A stretch of 63,657 nt of DNA, counting the filler, from Dimorphilus gyrociliatus (taxonomy: Eukaryota > Animalia > Annelida): assembly GCA_904063045.1 (NCBI GenBank). It is 5 parts of 5 records of this genome, joined end to end, with 100 filler letters (N's around TTAATTAATTAA, not from the genome) between each part and the next. Parts side by side here need not be neighbours in the genome. Positions count along the whole stretch, not along the records: positions 1 to 20,693 come from CAJFCJ010000188.1; 4 more parts are not named here. One strand, written 5' to 3'. How positions within the stretch are numbered: position 1 is the first letter of the stretch; the number at the start of each line of letters is the position of its first letter. The position numbers were made by a program, and so were the translations under genes. Shown one piece after another: positions 1 to 11,532 of this stretch. The notes below the pieces were generated by a model. It had not been told where the DNA came from, made no database searches, and saw only the letters and a program-made list of their open reading frames with translations.

Positions 1-3000
1 TTTACAACTAAAAAATCATTCTATGGAATGAATAATTCGACTTTAAATCAAAATGATCATTTCTACGGTATATTACAATACTATTACGAAAAGGTTTGGA
101 GATCAGTTTGCGAAGAGAATCTTAATTATGGATTTTTAATGAAAGTTTGTCAAAAGTTATCTTTTAAAGGAGGTTACATTTTTGTCGATAGAACAAGTTT
201 TTCATTGAAATTATCATATCAACCGAAAATCAAATTGAAATGTAATCATTTCAAACCAAAATCTCAATGTTTAACAGAATGTAATACCATAAAAAGAGCG
301 AAATTTGTACGGAAAATCTTCAAATATAAGCAGTAATCATTCATTTTTTTTATCGTTTCTTTCCTTACTTTTGCTGTTCTAATCTGGAACTTTTAAGCTT
401 TAGATATGTTAATGATTCGTCTCATTTTCTAGTGAAATGTACTAATGAACCAATAGCGGGTTAATTAATATTCTCTAAGTTTTAGTAGACGAATTAGTCA
501 ACTACCAGTTTCCCTTTTCAGCTTGTAGAGAAACGGATGTCAATATCAATAATAGATGTTTTAGGCTTATTTCAACTGCAAAGACCTTATATTCTCCAAT
601 TACAGCTCAACAATATTGCCTTAGAAGAAATTTAACAATTCCAGATGCAATATCTGAAATGGATAGATTTACAGTATTTAAATATATTCAAACAGTAGAA
701 AATGAATTTCTGGATGCTGATAGAAAAGACTATTTATCATATAGATTAGTTCCAATTATTCAAGGTATTCAAAACAGCATCTATTCAATTCAAAAAAAAT
801 TCTATCAATTGGCATTCTTCCAGTTTTTCATAAAGTTTACGATAATAAAGGAAACATTAATTATTTAACTCAAGATGAAACTTTACTCGTTTTTAAAGGA
901 TCTCTAATTGAATACACTTTCAAGTAGATTATATACTATCCGTTGAAGCAAAACAAACAAAAACACTACTTGAATTCTCTATTTACAGAGATCCCTGTTC
1001 AACAATCAACTTTATCAAGGCTAAACAATTTCATCAATTGTTTATTAAAACTGTAACTGACTGTTTTACTGTACGCTTTAGCTCTGATGAAACTACGTTC
1101 ATCTATAAGAAAAATTATTATTCCGGCGTCGATATTAGTCCTATTTCGTGCACCAAACCGAAATTTCAATCATTTCTATGCGTGGAAGGGAGTTGAGTAC
1201 TAATTGAAAGATAAATAGATCATCATCAATATCACCAACATCAATATCATCATCTTCTTCTAGATTCGTTAATAAAGGAACGAAAAGGAAATCTTCACAG
1301 TATAGATAATAGGAAATTTCAATGCCCATTCAATGCATTTCTTTGTTTTCGATCGGAATATTGCATTAACATAAAAAATTATTGTGACGGAATAAAAGAT
1401 TGTAGAGATAATGAAGATGAAGAAGAATGCAAAGATGACGATATAACGCCAAGATTTATTTGTGACGGAAGAAGAATTAACTTTAATCTTTTATGCGATT
1501 TTATAAAAGATTGCGAAAACGGAGAAGATGAAAAACATTGCTGTAAAATTATTAATAAAGATAAAAGAATTAATCTTTTTTATCCTATTTTTCCATAGTT
1601 TTAGACGAATGCGAAAGAAGGTATATTTTTTTCCTAATTAGATGCTTTTAGAAAACATCCGCTAATTGATATTAAAGAATTGAATTCTCTCTCTTTCTCT
1701 CTTTCTTTCTCTCTCGCACTCTCTAGCTATCTATTTCTTAATATTCAGGTGTGACAATGGACAATGCTACTTTGCTAATGAAACACTTGATGGTGAAAGA
1801 AATTGCTTGGACGAAAGCGATGAGAAATACGTGATTTTTAACATTTCCACTTGTCCTTCTAACTATATCTTTTGTGATGAAAAATGTATTTCGGATAGTT
1901 TTCTTTGTGATCTTAATCAAGATTGCGAAGATGGTTCCGATGAGGGATTGCATTGTCCATATTTTCAGCAGGATAAATGTAAAACAGTCATTAAAGGAAT
2001 AGAGACAAAACGATGTTATTTAGAATATAATTCAATGGGAAAACTTATCTCTAAAGTACATGAACCTTTAACAACTTTAAAATACTGCCAAGCAGATACA
2101 AACTGTCATCTTGGATATTATAAATGTGCAAAAGTCCATTATTGTATATCAATTCAGCAAGTTTGCGATAATGTTCCTCATTGCCCTGAAAAGGATGACG
2201 AAATTGAATGCGGTTAGTCTAGATAGTTCAATAGATAAACGTTCATTCATTCAATAAAGGTCAAGGACGTTTGTCATCAATAATTAATAAGATTTTAAAT
2301 TTATTCATTAATTATGATATTTAGAGCAATTCTATCCTAAAGGATTCTTTAAGTGTCACAAACAACATCTTTTCTTAAATCTAAGCCAAATTTGCGACAG
2401 AATTATTCATTGTAAAGAGGGAAGTGACGAAGAATTTTGCAGCGAATCATTAATTTCGTGCCCAAAATTTTGTAATTGTCAACCAAATTACACAATGGAA
2501 TGTAGACAACAAAATGATTTATCTTTACAAGAATTCCATCATAAAATGCTATTTTTAGAAAATATTCAAAAATTATCGTTAAAAGCTAACAATTACAAAA
2601 GTATTTCAATTCTGAAAATTCACTCTACAGACGTATTGGATTTGCAAACTATTGTATTGAAATTTCCAAATTCTTTCCATATAGAACTTATTAAAAATAA
2701 TTTAAGATCTTTACATTTTACTGCAAATATTGCAAATTTTTTAAATGTTCAATATTTAAGTATAACTGAAAATATGAATATTACAATTAATAAACAGTCA
2801 ACTTTAAAACATTTTCCATCACTTTTATATTTGAATTTATCAAAAAACAGCATTGATTTTATTCCAGTTGATCTCTTTCTTAATCTGTACAAATTAAGGA
2901 TTTTAGATTTAGCATTTTGTTCAATTCGTTCAATTGGTGACGTTGATGCATTCAAGTTTTTACAAAATTTACTTGTTTTTAATTTTAGTAAAACGGATTT

Positions 3001-4295
3001 TCCACATCAAATCGTCTCTTTTCAAATGTTGAATTATATGAAAAAATTACAGTATATTTATAGTCCTATATTCAAATTATGCTGTCTAGCCAATGAGAAT
3101 TATGAACATCTTGAAGAATGTCAGCCGAGCAGATCTTCCATTCATTCTTGTAAGGATCTATTGGCGTCGGACATTTTGAAATCAATTGTTAGTATATTCG
3201 GTATATTTGGTTTTTTTGGCAATATTCTGTCGTTATACATTCACATTTCAACCAATAAGAATGGATCGAAATATTTCTATATAACTCTATCGTTTGCCGA
3301 CTTTTGTACAGGAGTATATTTTCTAACATTAGCCATAGTTGATAGATATTTCAGAGGAACCTATATAGAACACGATCTGAAATGGAGAAATAGTTTCCTA
3401 TGTACATTTATCGGTTGTTTTTCCAGTTTTTCAGTTGTAGTATCAACTCTTAGCATATCTGCAATAACGATTGAAAGACATTTTTATATTTCGAAACCAT
3501 TTGAAAAGTTTCTAACCTATCGGAAAAAAGCTATTGTCTGTATGATATTTTCACTTTTTGGTGTTTTATTAGCAGTTATACCAATTTATCTTTACGAGGT
3601 AATTAAGGAGAAGGCAAGGAAACTTAAGATAACATTCTCTTTCTCTCTTTAAATAGAAATACTACTCGAGTTCCTCAATTTGCTATTCTTTACACATAAG
3701 AAGCGAAAAAATCTCTGGTTGGGTCTATTCATTCATTATTCACGGAATTTTTGCATTTCTCTGCTCGCTCTTCAATGGAGCATTATATATTCGTATTATG
3801 AGGATTATCGTTAAATCTAGCGTTGTTCTCTCAAAAGAAGAATTCAATAAGAGAGTTGGAACTATTCTAAGAACAGCTTTTATAGTTACTTTATCAAATA
3901 TTGTTTCGTGGCTTCCTATTTCAATTTTAGGTTTTATAGCCCTATTTACAACATTAGATATCAGCCACGACTCATATAATACAATAGTTGTTGCTATTTT
4001 ACCTATAAATGCGTTTCTAAATCCATTTATCTATTGTATTGTTCAATTTAAAATTGTTTTGAACAGCATATGGAAAAGCAGAGAAAAACTTTTGTACAAA
4101 ATTTTCAAACAAAACTTTAATTTTTGTTTAAAACTTTCTTTTTTTCTTTACAGAAATACAAAAGTAAATGATAAAATTAATGAATACTTTACAACAGGTT
4201 GTTGTTGTTGTTGTTGTTGTTTATCTTTTATCAATATTCAATACAAAGATATATTATCGGCTCTCAGCTCATCATCTATTCATTCATTCCGATGA
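1..4295 (+). CDS. GRL101/LGR-like GPCR (5' partial, multi-exon): SRCR-like + C-type-lectin-like + about 7-8 LDLa + LRRNT/LRR + 7TM
   Basis: 28-336: GILQYYYEKVWRSVCEE...VCQKLSF (SRCR-like). About 530-720: CRETDVNINNRCFRL...AQQYC (CTL-like). LDLa motifs CDGIKDCRDNEDEEEC, CDFIKDCENGEDEKHC, CDLNQDCEDGSDE, CDNVPHCPEKDDEIEC, CDRIIHCKEGSDEEFC. CPKFCNC (LRRNT), LxxLxLxxN repeats, KLCC / SSIHSCKDLL hinge, then TM segments (LSFADFCTGVY, ITIERH, LPINAFLNPFIY). Short GT-AG introns at about 1543-1598, 2214-2325, 3599-3656 and possibly 4094-4153. Confidence 0.85.
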
Positions 4296-6001
4296 AAAAT
4301 ACTTCCAATGTAGTTGCGGCAATGAAACTCAATCTCAAATTCAAGTTGACCAACGCTTCTACTGTAATAAAAATTATCTTATCTGCTTGAAAAGTATCTG
4401 CAAAGCTATTATCTTCTCTCATGAAAATTTACTATCATTCAATGGAGAATTCGATTTGAATTCAATTTACAAACAAGTAAATAATTGAGTAGTGTTTACC
4501 AAAAATTTATATTTTTATAGTTTTTCTATTATAGATATACGATTGCAGCAAACAAATCTACAAACTAAATTATCTTACAATCTCAATGGCAAACAATATA
4601 AATAAACCTAAAGATTTACTTTCATTTGGTAATATTACTAGAAAAATTCTAACAAAGAAAATGTCTACCATTTGAATTTTAATACATTTCCCTAAACAAT
4701 CTATAAAGTCTATTGATTTACCAAAAGAATTCCAAAATGGCGTACAGTTAGGGTAAAATCATTTAACTTTAGGTCAAGTATATTCTGAGGTTAGGAAGAT
4801 ATGAAATTAATGTAAAAGTCATATGTAAAAACTGGTAGGTTAAGCTTATTGAAAAAACAATCACTATGACAAGACTGAAAATTTTTATTAACTTTTTACA
4901 AGCACCTTTGATAAGATAACTGTACTTTTAAGAGATATTATACGACTTTTGCGGTTTGGTTTTTATCTACTATTTGATTGATTTATCCCTTACAAAACCT
5001 TGAACTTTGCTAAATTGCAGTATAATTCTACACCAGCATATTATTTTTTTCTCTCTTCCAGTTTCAATTAAAACTCTTTCTTGTAAAAAAAAATTCTTAA
5101 AATCATCCATTTCAATTTTCTATAAATGGAAAATTGTAACCTACAAAAGTTTACAAACCGTCTAGAGTGGTATGAACAAACCATTAAATCTCACTATAGC
5201 CTTAATACAATATAAAAGTAATAGAAATTTAATAAGATAACTTATTGGATAAGGTTTAGCTTGCTAAAAGGTTCTTTATTATAGTTTTGCTAACTGTGTC
5301 TGTAACATGATGAGTCAAGATTATTGGCTGCTAAATTTCAGCCTATTACTGAGTGCAAAAAATATTAATTATTAGCAAAAAGTTAATGTAGATTATTGAA
5401 TGCAAAAACAAAATAGTTTTATCACCTGACTAGTTAGGGTTAGGGTAAGAAAAAGTCAATAGAAGAGTCCACTCTTTAGAATATTCTTGAGAAAACATAT
5501 TTGTAAATAATTACATCTATAAATTTTTCAAAGAATTTTTACTTTCATTTCAACAATTCAACTGAATTGAGATTTCCATTTTCTTCTAAGAGAGATAAAT
5601 ACTCCAAGTAAATTTTGTATCCGGTATAAGAACTTTTCTTTGATGACTATGCAATAACACGAAATAGAGATTGTTACAATTGAAAGAAAATCATTAAGTC
5701 AATTGTGTAGGTGTTTCTAATGAAGTTAATCTGATAATGGAAATTTAATGAAATGGATGAGACCTACTGATAAGAAAAAAAATGGCGGAAATGGGATTAA
5801 AATTTGTATTTCTTTGTCTTTTAAAAAATTAATTAGAACCTATTAAAACTTATCAGTAATAGTTACAATCTTCTTTCAAAAGAGATAATAGTATGATTAA
5901 ATGAAGCATAAAACAATATTCTTATCTTTCACAATATGAATATATAAATGGTGTGTTCCGATGATCATCCGTTACAGTAAAAGGAAAAAAATCATTAAAT
6001 C

Positions 6002-7949
6002 ATGAAGATTCTTTTACTTTCTCTCTGTAAGTTGATTAATTTTATATTTTTCATTAAATTCATAGATCTTTATATTTATAGGTTATTTTCTGCAAGTTGT
6101 ATCTTTGTCTTACTCTTTCAAGTGTCCGATTGATGGAGAATCAAAACCGATTGATGGAACTTATAGAGATCCTCAATCTTGCCGTTCCTATTACCAATGC
6201 GTAAATGGCACTGCTTACTCTCATAGTTGTCCTTTTGGTCTTTTCTTCAGATTTACAATGGTTGATTGTACATTTATAACATGCGTTGAACCTAAATATG
6301 CTGATTGTCCAAATTATGATAAGAGTGTATCTTTAATTGATAAAGAAAAACCAGAGATTTTAGAATGTAAACCTAATGAAAATGATTTTAACGTTCCGTG
6401 TTACAAAAATACTGAGGAATGTTTGGCAAATTCAAACGCAACTGTTGCTAGTTCAACAGATTGCGGTATCTATTATCATTGTCAAAATGGTTTTGGTTGG
6501 CCTCAGCAATGTCCTCCTGGCTACTTTTTTGATCCAGTAGTCAATTCAAGAGAATGTACGGTAAAACTATGCGTTTTGGCCAAAGATGCCAATTGCCCTA
6601 TTGATGGAAATTGGTCCGAATGGTCGGTGTGGAGTGACTGCGAACCAAGTTGCGGAGGTGAAGGAATTCGAACTAGAAGAAGAGAATGCAATAATCCTCC
6701 TCCATCAAATGGCGGTCGTCAATGTCCCGGCTTAGCGATTGAAGAGGAGAATTGTCAAACTCCCAGCTGTCCATCTGACGAAAATCCTGCATTTATGGTA
6801 TCATTGCGAGCGAATACAACATTCAGTGAAGAGAAAATCGAATGGAGTTCGGTTGATTTAAACAAAGATAACCTATTTAATCCAATGACAAATGAATTGA
6901 ATATTAAAGAAAGTGGAGTATATTTCTTTACGATGACTGCTGCAATGAGTGGCGAAACTGGAACGCATCTTAGCTTGGAAAATGTTGGCATTAGAATAGA
7001 TTTAAAAAAGGATGACAACAAAATAAATATCAATCAAATAAGCAGAAGTGGCTTATATCAACTTAGTACGTTATTCAAACCTCACGTTAAACAAACATTA
7101 CCAATTTCAACTTTAATTGGCAGCAATACTGGAAAAGATACATCTTGGCTTGGATTCAAATATCCAACAAATAATTATCTATTTACAGGTTCGGTTGGAA
7201 ATTCTCATCATTACAACGACTATCTAAGATTCAATCTTGTAATAAGTATGAAAGGATTTAGAATGAGAGATTTCAATACTAAATTCGCTAATTTAGACAC
7301 TGGAATTTATTTTATAAATTTTGGCGGCGGTACTATTTCAAATGCTCAACAAAGGATTTCTGTTAATGAAAACTCAATTAATTTTCCATATGCAAGAATT
7401 ATAAGATCAAAAAATCAAACATCTAGCCCTGATCAATTATCTAGAAGTTTTATCAGTAGATTGAGGCCTATGACTACGTTAACATACCAATTATACGGTA
7501 GTTATAATTCTACGATTGGCGTACCTTCCTATCTTTTGGCGTTTAAATTGAACGAAAGTCTACCAGTTCTCTTTGTAAGCGAAAGTGTTGGATTCGAATC
7601 GATTTGTCCTGGTTTAAAGACTCTTGTCAATTTTAATACAGTAATGGAGGATACAACGAGATCGTGGGATAATTTAAATAGATTGTATAGAGTACCAATA
7701 ACTGGTACTTACTATATTGACCTATCAATTGTTGCCAGAATGAATAAAACGTTAAAAGTTGATGTTGAAGTGAACAATATTCAAAAATTTCATCTATTAA
7801 AACTAACAAATGACCATACACAACCGGAAATAGTATCAAAAGGAGGATTAGTACAAATGGATAAAGGTGATATTTTAAGAGTAAAATATACTGGTTGTTT
7901 AATAGCCAATGATATGATTTCAACAATGTCAATCTTTTTCGTACCTTAA
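6002..7949 (+). CDS. Secreted protein: signal peptide, 2x chitin-binding CBM14 (peritrophin-A), TSP1, about 3 tandem C1q-like domains
   Basis: Exon 1 (6002-6026) plus intron 6027-6081 gives in-frame MKILLLSLCYFLQVVSLS. CBM14 motifs DPQSCRSYYQC...CPFGLFF and DCGIYYHC...CPPGYFFD. TSP1 WSEWSVWSDCEPSCGG...RRRECNNPPP. C1q-type motifs SGVYFFT, TGIYFINFG, PITGTYYIDL and GLVQMDKGD. Confidence 0.85.
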
Positions 7950-8112
7950 CAATTTTTTCTTAATTGTCTTTTGAATGTTTACAAATTTTCAAATTCAAAA
8001 TATTTGAATTATAAAAAATAAACGATAGCAGACGACACTGTCTTTTTTGCTTTTCTTTTGTAATTTGCAAAATATTGACCATAAAACCCGACAACCAACT
8101 CTAACAGTAGAA

Positions 8113-8180
8113 TGAGTCATCAACTTCCGTTAAAAACTTTCACATGTCTTACAAAACTCGGAAGTAGGTGGAGTGACTCA
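8113..8180. promoter_or_regulatory. Mirror-arranged AP-1/ETS motif pair upstream of the LRR gene
   Basis: TGAGTCA 8113-8119, ACTTCCG 8123-8129, CGGAAGT 8159-8165 and TGACTCA 8174-8180, about 100-170 bp upstream of the ATG at 8285. Motif match only. Confidence 0.35.
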
Positions 8181-8284
8181 TTTTGTATATTTTGTCGTAT
8201 AAATACAAGAGAGATGTATGATTAAATAGACAGAGAGAGAGAGAGAGAGGGATAACAGACAGAACAGAAATAACTGGCTGAAAC

Positions 8285-9190
8285 ATGAATGAGTCATTAA
8301 AAGATATTTGCTTGAAAAAAATTCTAACAAATCTGGAATATCAAAAAGAACTATGCTTAAAGAATCACTTCTGTATTCCTCAATACACTTCTCAATTGAT
8401 TTTTAATCTCTTTAGAAGCGATAAACGATTTATCTCCTCTGATTTAGACGAAAGAGATAAACAATTGGAATTCTTCTCATCTGAATGTTCAACTATAACA
8501 ACTTTTGAATTGCAAGGTCTCGAAGAACTTGGATTTAAAAGTTTCAATTTTCTCAATGAGCATCCTATATCAACATTGAAATTGATTAAATTATTTAAAT
8601 TCAATAGTGTTATTCAAGCTATAAATCCAATTTTCATTCAGGTTCTTTATATTCGAGGTTACAAGGGAAATGTTTATAATCTGAATAGTTTATCTGTGAT
8701 GAGAAATCTGAAGGAATTAGGCCTAGTTGAAATGAATATAAAATATTGTCAACAATTTATCAACTCGTTAAAAAATCAAGAATATTTGAAAAAAGTTGAA
8801 TTTAATAAACTTTATTCAATGAATGAATTGAATTTTGAACAAATTTTAAAAGAATTATGTATTTTAAATAGAATAGAAACATTAATTATAAAATCACATC
8901 AATTAACAATTCAACATATTCAAACTTTATTATCTTTTAAAGATTCTCTTCAAAATTTAACGCTTCATTGCGATTTTATAAACAATGAAAACAGGTATGA
9001 ATATTCAAAACAAAATCTGTTCAATCAAGATATTTTCTTACCAAATTTAAAAATGTTGGATTTGGAATTTTCTACAGAAATATCTGCAATTTTTTATACA
9101 GAACTGATTGGTTGTTTGATAAATTTAGAAAATATTTGTATTAACCTCAACAAAATGGAGGAGAATTGTAAATTGTTTAAAAGAAATTAA
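8285..9190 (+). CDS. ZYG11/ZER1-like BC-box plus RNI-type LRR protein, probably truncated at the C-terminus
   Basis: N-terminal ESLKDICLKKIL fits a BC-box (S/T-L-xxx-C). IPQYTSQLI resembles the Cul2-box region. LKELGL, LKKVEF, LQNLTL and LKMLDL LRR motifs follow. No ARM domain is seen, and the ORF ends about 210 bp before a Tc1 insertion. Confidence 0.55.
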   Translation: MNESLKDICLKKILTNLEYQKELCLKNHFCIPQYTSQLIFNLFRSDKRFISSDLDERDKQLEFFSSECSTITTFELQGLEELGFKSFNFLNEHPISTLKLIKLFKFNSVIQAINPIFIQVLYIRGYKGNVYNLNSLSVMRNLKELGLVEMNIKYCQQFINSLKNQEYLKKVEFNKLYSMNELNFEQILKELCILNRIETLIIKSHQLTIQHIQTLLSFKDSLQNLTLHCDFINNENRYEYSKQNLFNQDIFLPNLKMLDLEFSTEISAIFYTELIGCLINLENICINLNKMEENCKLFKRN

Positions 9191-9402
9191 AGTAAACAAT
9201 GCCAATTTAGAGAGATAACTTTGAAATGCTCTTATTTAAATACATAAATTGCTGAGTTTATTCATTCTCAACAGCTTTTGGAAAAGTGTAACGTTGATCA
9301 ACCAACACAATCCTTTCTGTTAGATAAGTAATGATGTTGGCCTATACAGTTTTATGATGTCATTAGGCTGATTAAAGAAATTAAAAAAAGTGAAATTTTC
9401 TA

Positions 9403-10756
9403 GTATAAAATTAGCGACAGGAAAATTGGAACACCTCAAATTTTATACGCCAAATATTTTCATTATGAAAAAAGATTATTTTTTTTTCAATGTTTAATAA
9501 TAGGTTAAAGTTGCAATTTTATATAAATTGCTTTAAAACAGCAGTTAGGTTAATTTTTACATATTTTTTTTATAGAAGTTAAGATAGTTTTCTCATCTTT
9601 TTTCTTATTTGGCTGTGCAACATGTTTTTTGGAACAATGTTAAATTGTTGAATATTTTGACTATTTCTGTATGTGCCCATCCTCTCTTTCTATGGCCCAC
9701 TTCCTCATATTTCTCTCTCAATTTCTTCTATGACAGGAAGAACATCTTCCACAATGAAAGAGCTACAGTTTTCTGCATTCAGCCTTCTCCTTATCCTCCA
9801 GACTTCAAATATACCATCAGAGGTTATCAATCCCCTCACCAATACTCCACCTCTCCCCATATTTTTTGTCACCCTGAAGTCCTTTTCACTATTGCTAGTC
9901 CATGTCCCAAAGTCATCAGTGAAAACCTGGCTTCATCAGTAAAAATAACCCTAGACCAGTCTAGCTTTTGCTAATAATTTTGAGGTAGTATTCTTTTCTC
10001 CACTTACAATCTATGGAGGTGAGATCAGTCCTTTGTCTGACTCTTTTGTGGTTGAAGTTTTGTCTTTTCAGCTCCCTCTGAATTGTTTTGATGCTTACAT
10101 CTACTTCTAATTCCTTTAATATCTTTGCTGCTGTCACTCTTTGCTTGCTATCTTTCAGTTTGTTCACAATTCTTTTCATCCTGGTTATCTCTCTGTCTGA
10201 AAGCATCTTTGGACCTCCCCTATTGTCTTGTTGTGGTTGCTTAGATTTCAATATGTTACAAACTGATGATGGTGCCATTCCTAAAACTCTTACTGTTTCC
10301 CTTAATTTACCTATTTCTCTATATTTTTTTATTACAAGATCCCTAATACCTTTACTCCACACCGTGATTAAAAAAATACAATATAGATTATATACAGTAA
10401 TTTTTAATATTCAAAAACTAATTAACTTAACTTAAAAAAGGAAATAAGTTGAAAAAATTTTTGTTTGAGATATCTATTTGAATGTCAAACCAGATGTCAA
10501 CTCAATGTTCCAAAAAACATGTCACGTTGGCCAAATAAAGAAAAAATGTGTGAAAATTACTAAAAACTTTTGCTAATAATGTTCACAAAATATTATCATT
10601 TTCTTAAATTTTTTTCAATATTATGTCAATTTAACTCTTTTTTTATATAAATTCAGACAAATACTAATTTGCAGCAAACAAGCAATTTTAACCATTAATT
10701 AAAAGTTGGCCTATCAAAATTTATGGTGTCCACATATTCCTGTCGCCCACTTTTAC
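9403..10756 (-). mobile_element. Tc1/mariner element with long imperfect TIRs and a defective transposase
   Basis: Termini GTATAAAATTAGCGACAGGAA / reverse complement GTAAAAGTGGGCGACAGGAA, flanked by TA on both sides. Inner repeat CATGTTTTTTGGAACA at about 9621 and 10505. HTH ORF at 10362-9961, then a frameshifted WSRVIFTDEARF and GGVLVRGLI DDE start that is truncated. Confidence 0.85.
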
Positions 10757-11053
10757 TATTGAAAGTATTGAAATAAGGAAAATAATTGAAGATAGTTTTG
10801 AACAACAAGACAATTTGCAATATATAATTTTTAAGGATAAAATATTCGAATAAAAATGATACTGACTTATTAAAAAATAGTATTACTAAAGAAAGTTAGG
10901 ACCATAAATTCCACATGGATCATGCTTGAATGATCCTACCCATTAAGATTATAAGGAATCCATTTTGCTCAAATCTTTCTCTACCCAGCTCCTTAATCAT
11001 TTTTCCAACAGCCTTTCGACAAATATCCAATTTTTCACTGATTCATCTATAAG

Positions 11054-11260
11054 GGATACTACAGAAAACGTCCACAAATCACTGCTTTTACCCTAACCCT
11101 AACCTAGCCCTTAGCTGTACCTAACCTTTTCCATTACCCCTAACCCTCATAGGAGATCCTCCTAACTACAAATCATTTGCTGTTTTCTTTTGCCTAACCA
11201 TTTCTCAATCCAAATTTTTGTCTTGAAATTTCTCATTTGTGGACGTTTTCTGTCGACCCC
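11054..11260 (+). mobile_element. 207-bp Mutator-type MITE, subfamily A
   Basis: TIRs GGATACTACAGAAAACGTCC / GGACGTTTTCTGTCGACCCC. 9-bp TSD ATCTATAAG / CTCTATAAG. Internal CCCTAACCCTAACC. Confidence 0.9.
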
Positions 11261-11532
11261 CTCTATAAGACATAGTTCGATCTTTCCTGATCATTCATGT
11301 AGGTTACTTCCCTCTTATGGTCTGTTACAGTTGTCTGTGGGCAACCAGATTTTAGAATGTTTTCTTCCTTTTTTATGTTCAAAAAACCTCCACCCAATAA
11401 ATATTTTCAGATTTCCTTTTCCATTTTATCATTAATCTTCTATGAGTAATAATAGCTTGAAATGCATTTATTTTTAGTCTAGAGAACATAGAAATCACGA
11501 GTAGCCAAAGGCAGCAGAGATTAAACATTTTA

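Noticed and set aside
1686-1725. Microsatellites: (CT)n at about 1686, (AG)n at about 8233, (GTCT)n at about 14935, (TA)n at about 15270 and 43558
   Set aside because: These are ordinary simple repeats.
11090-11105. CCCTAACCCTAA as a telomere or chromosome end
   Set aside because: There are only about two perfect units, internal to a MITE with TIRs and a TSD.
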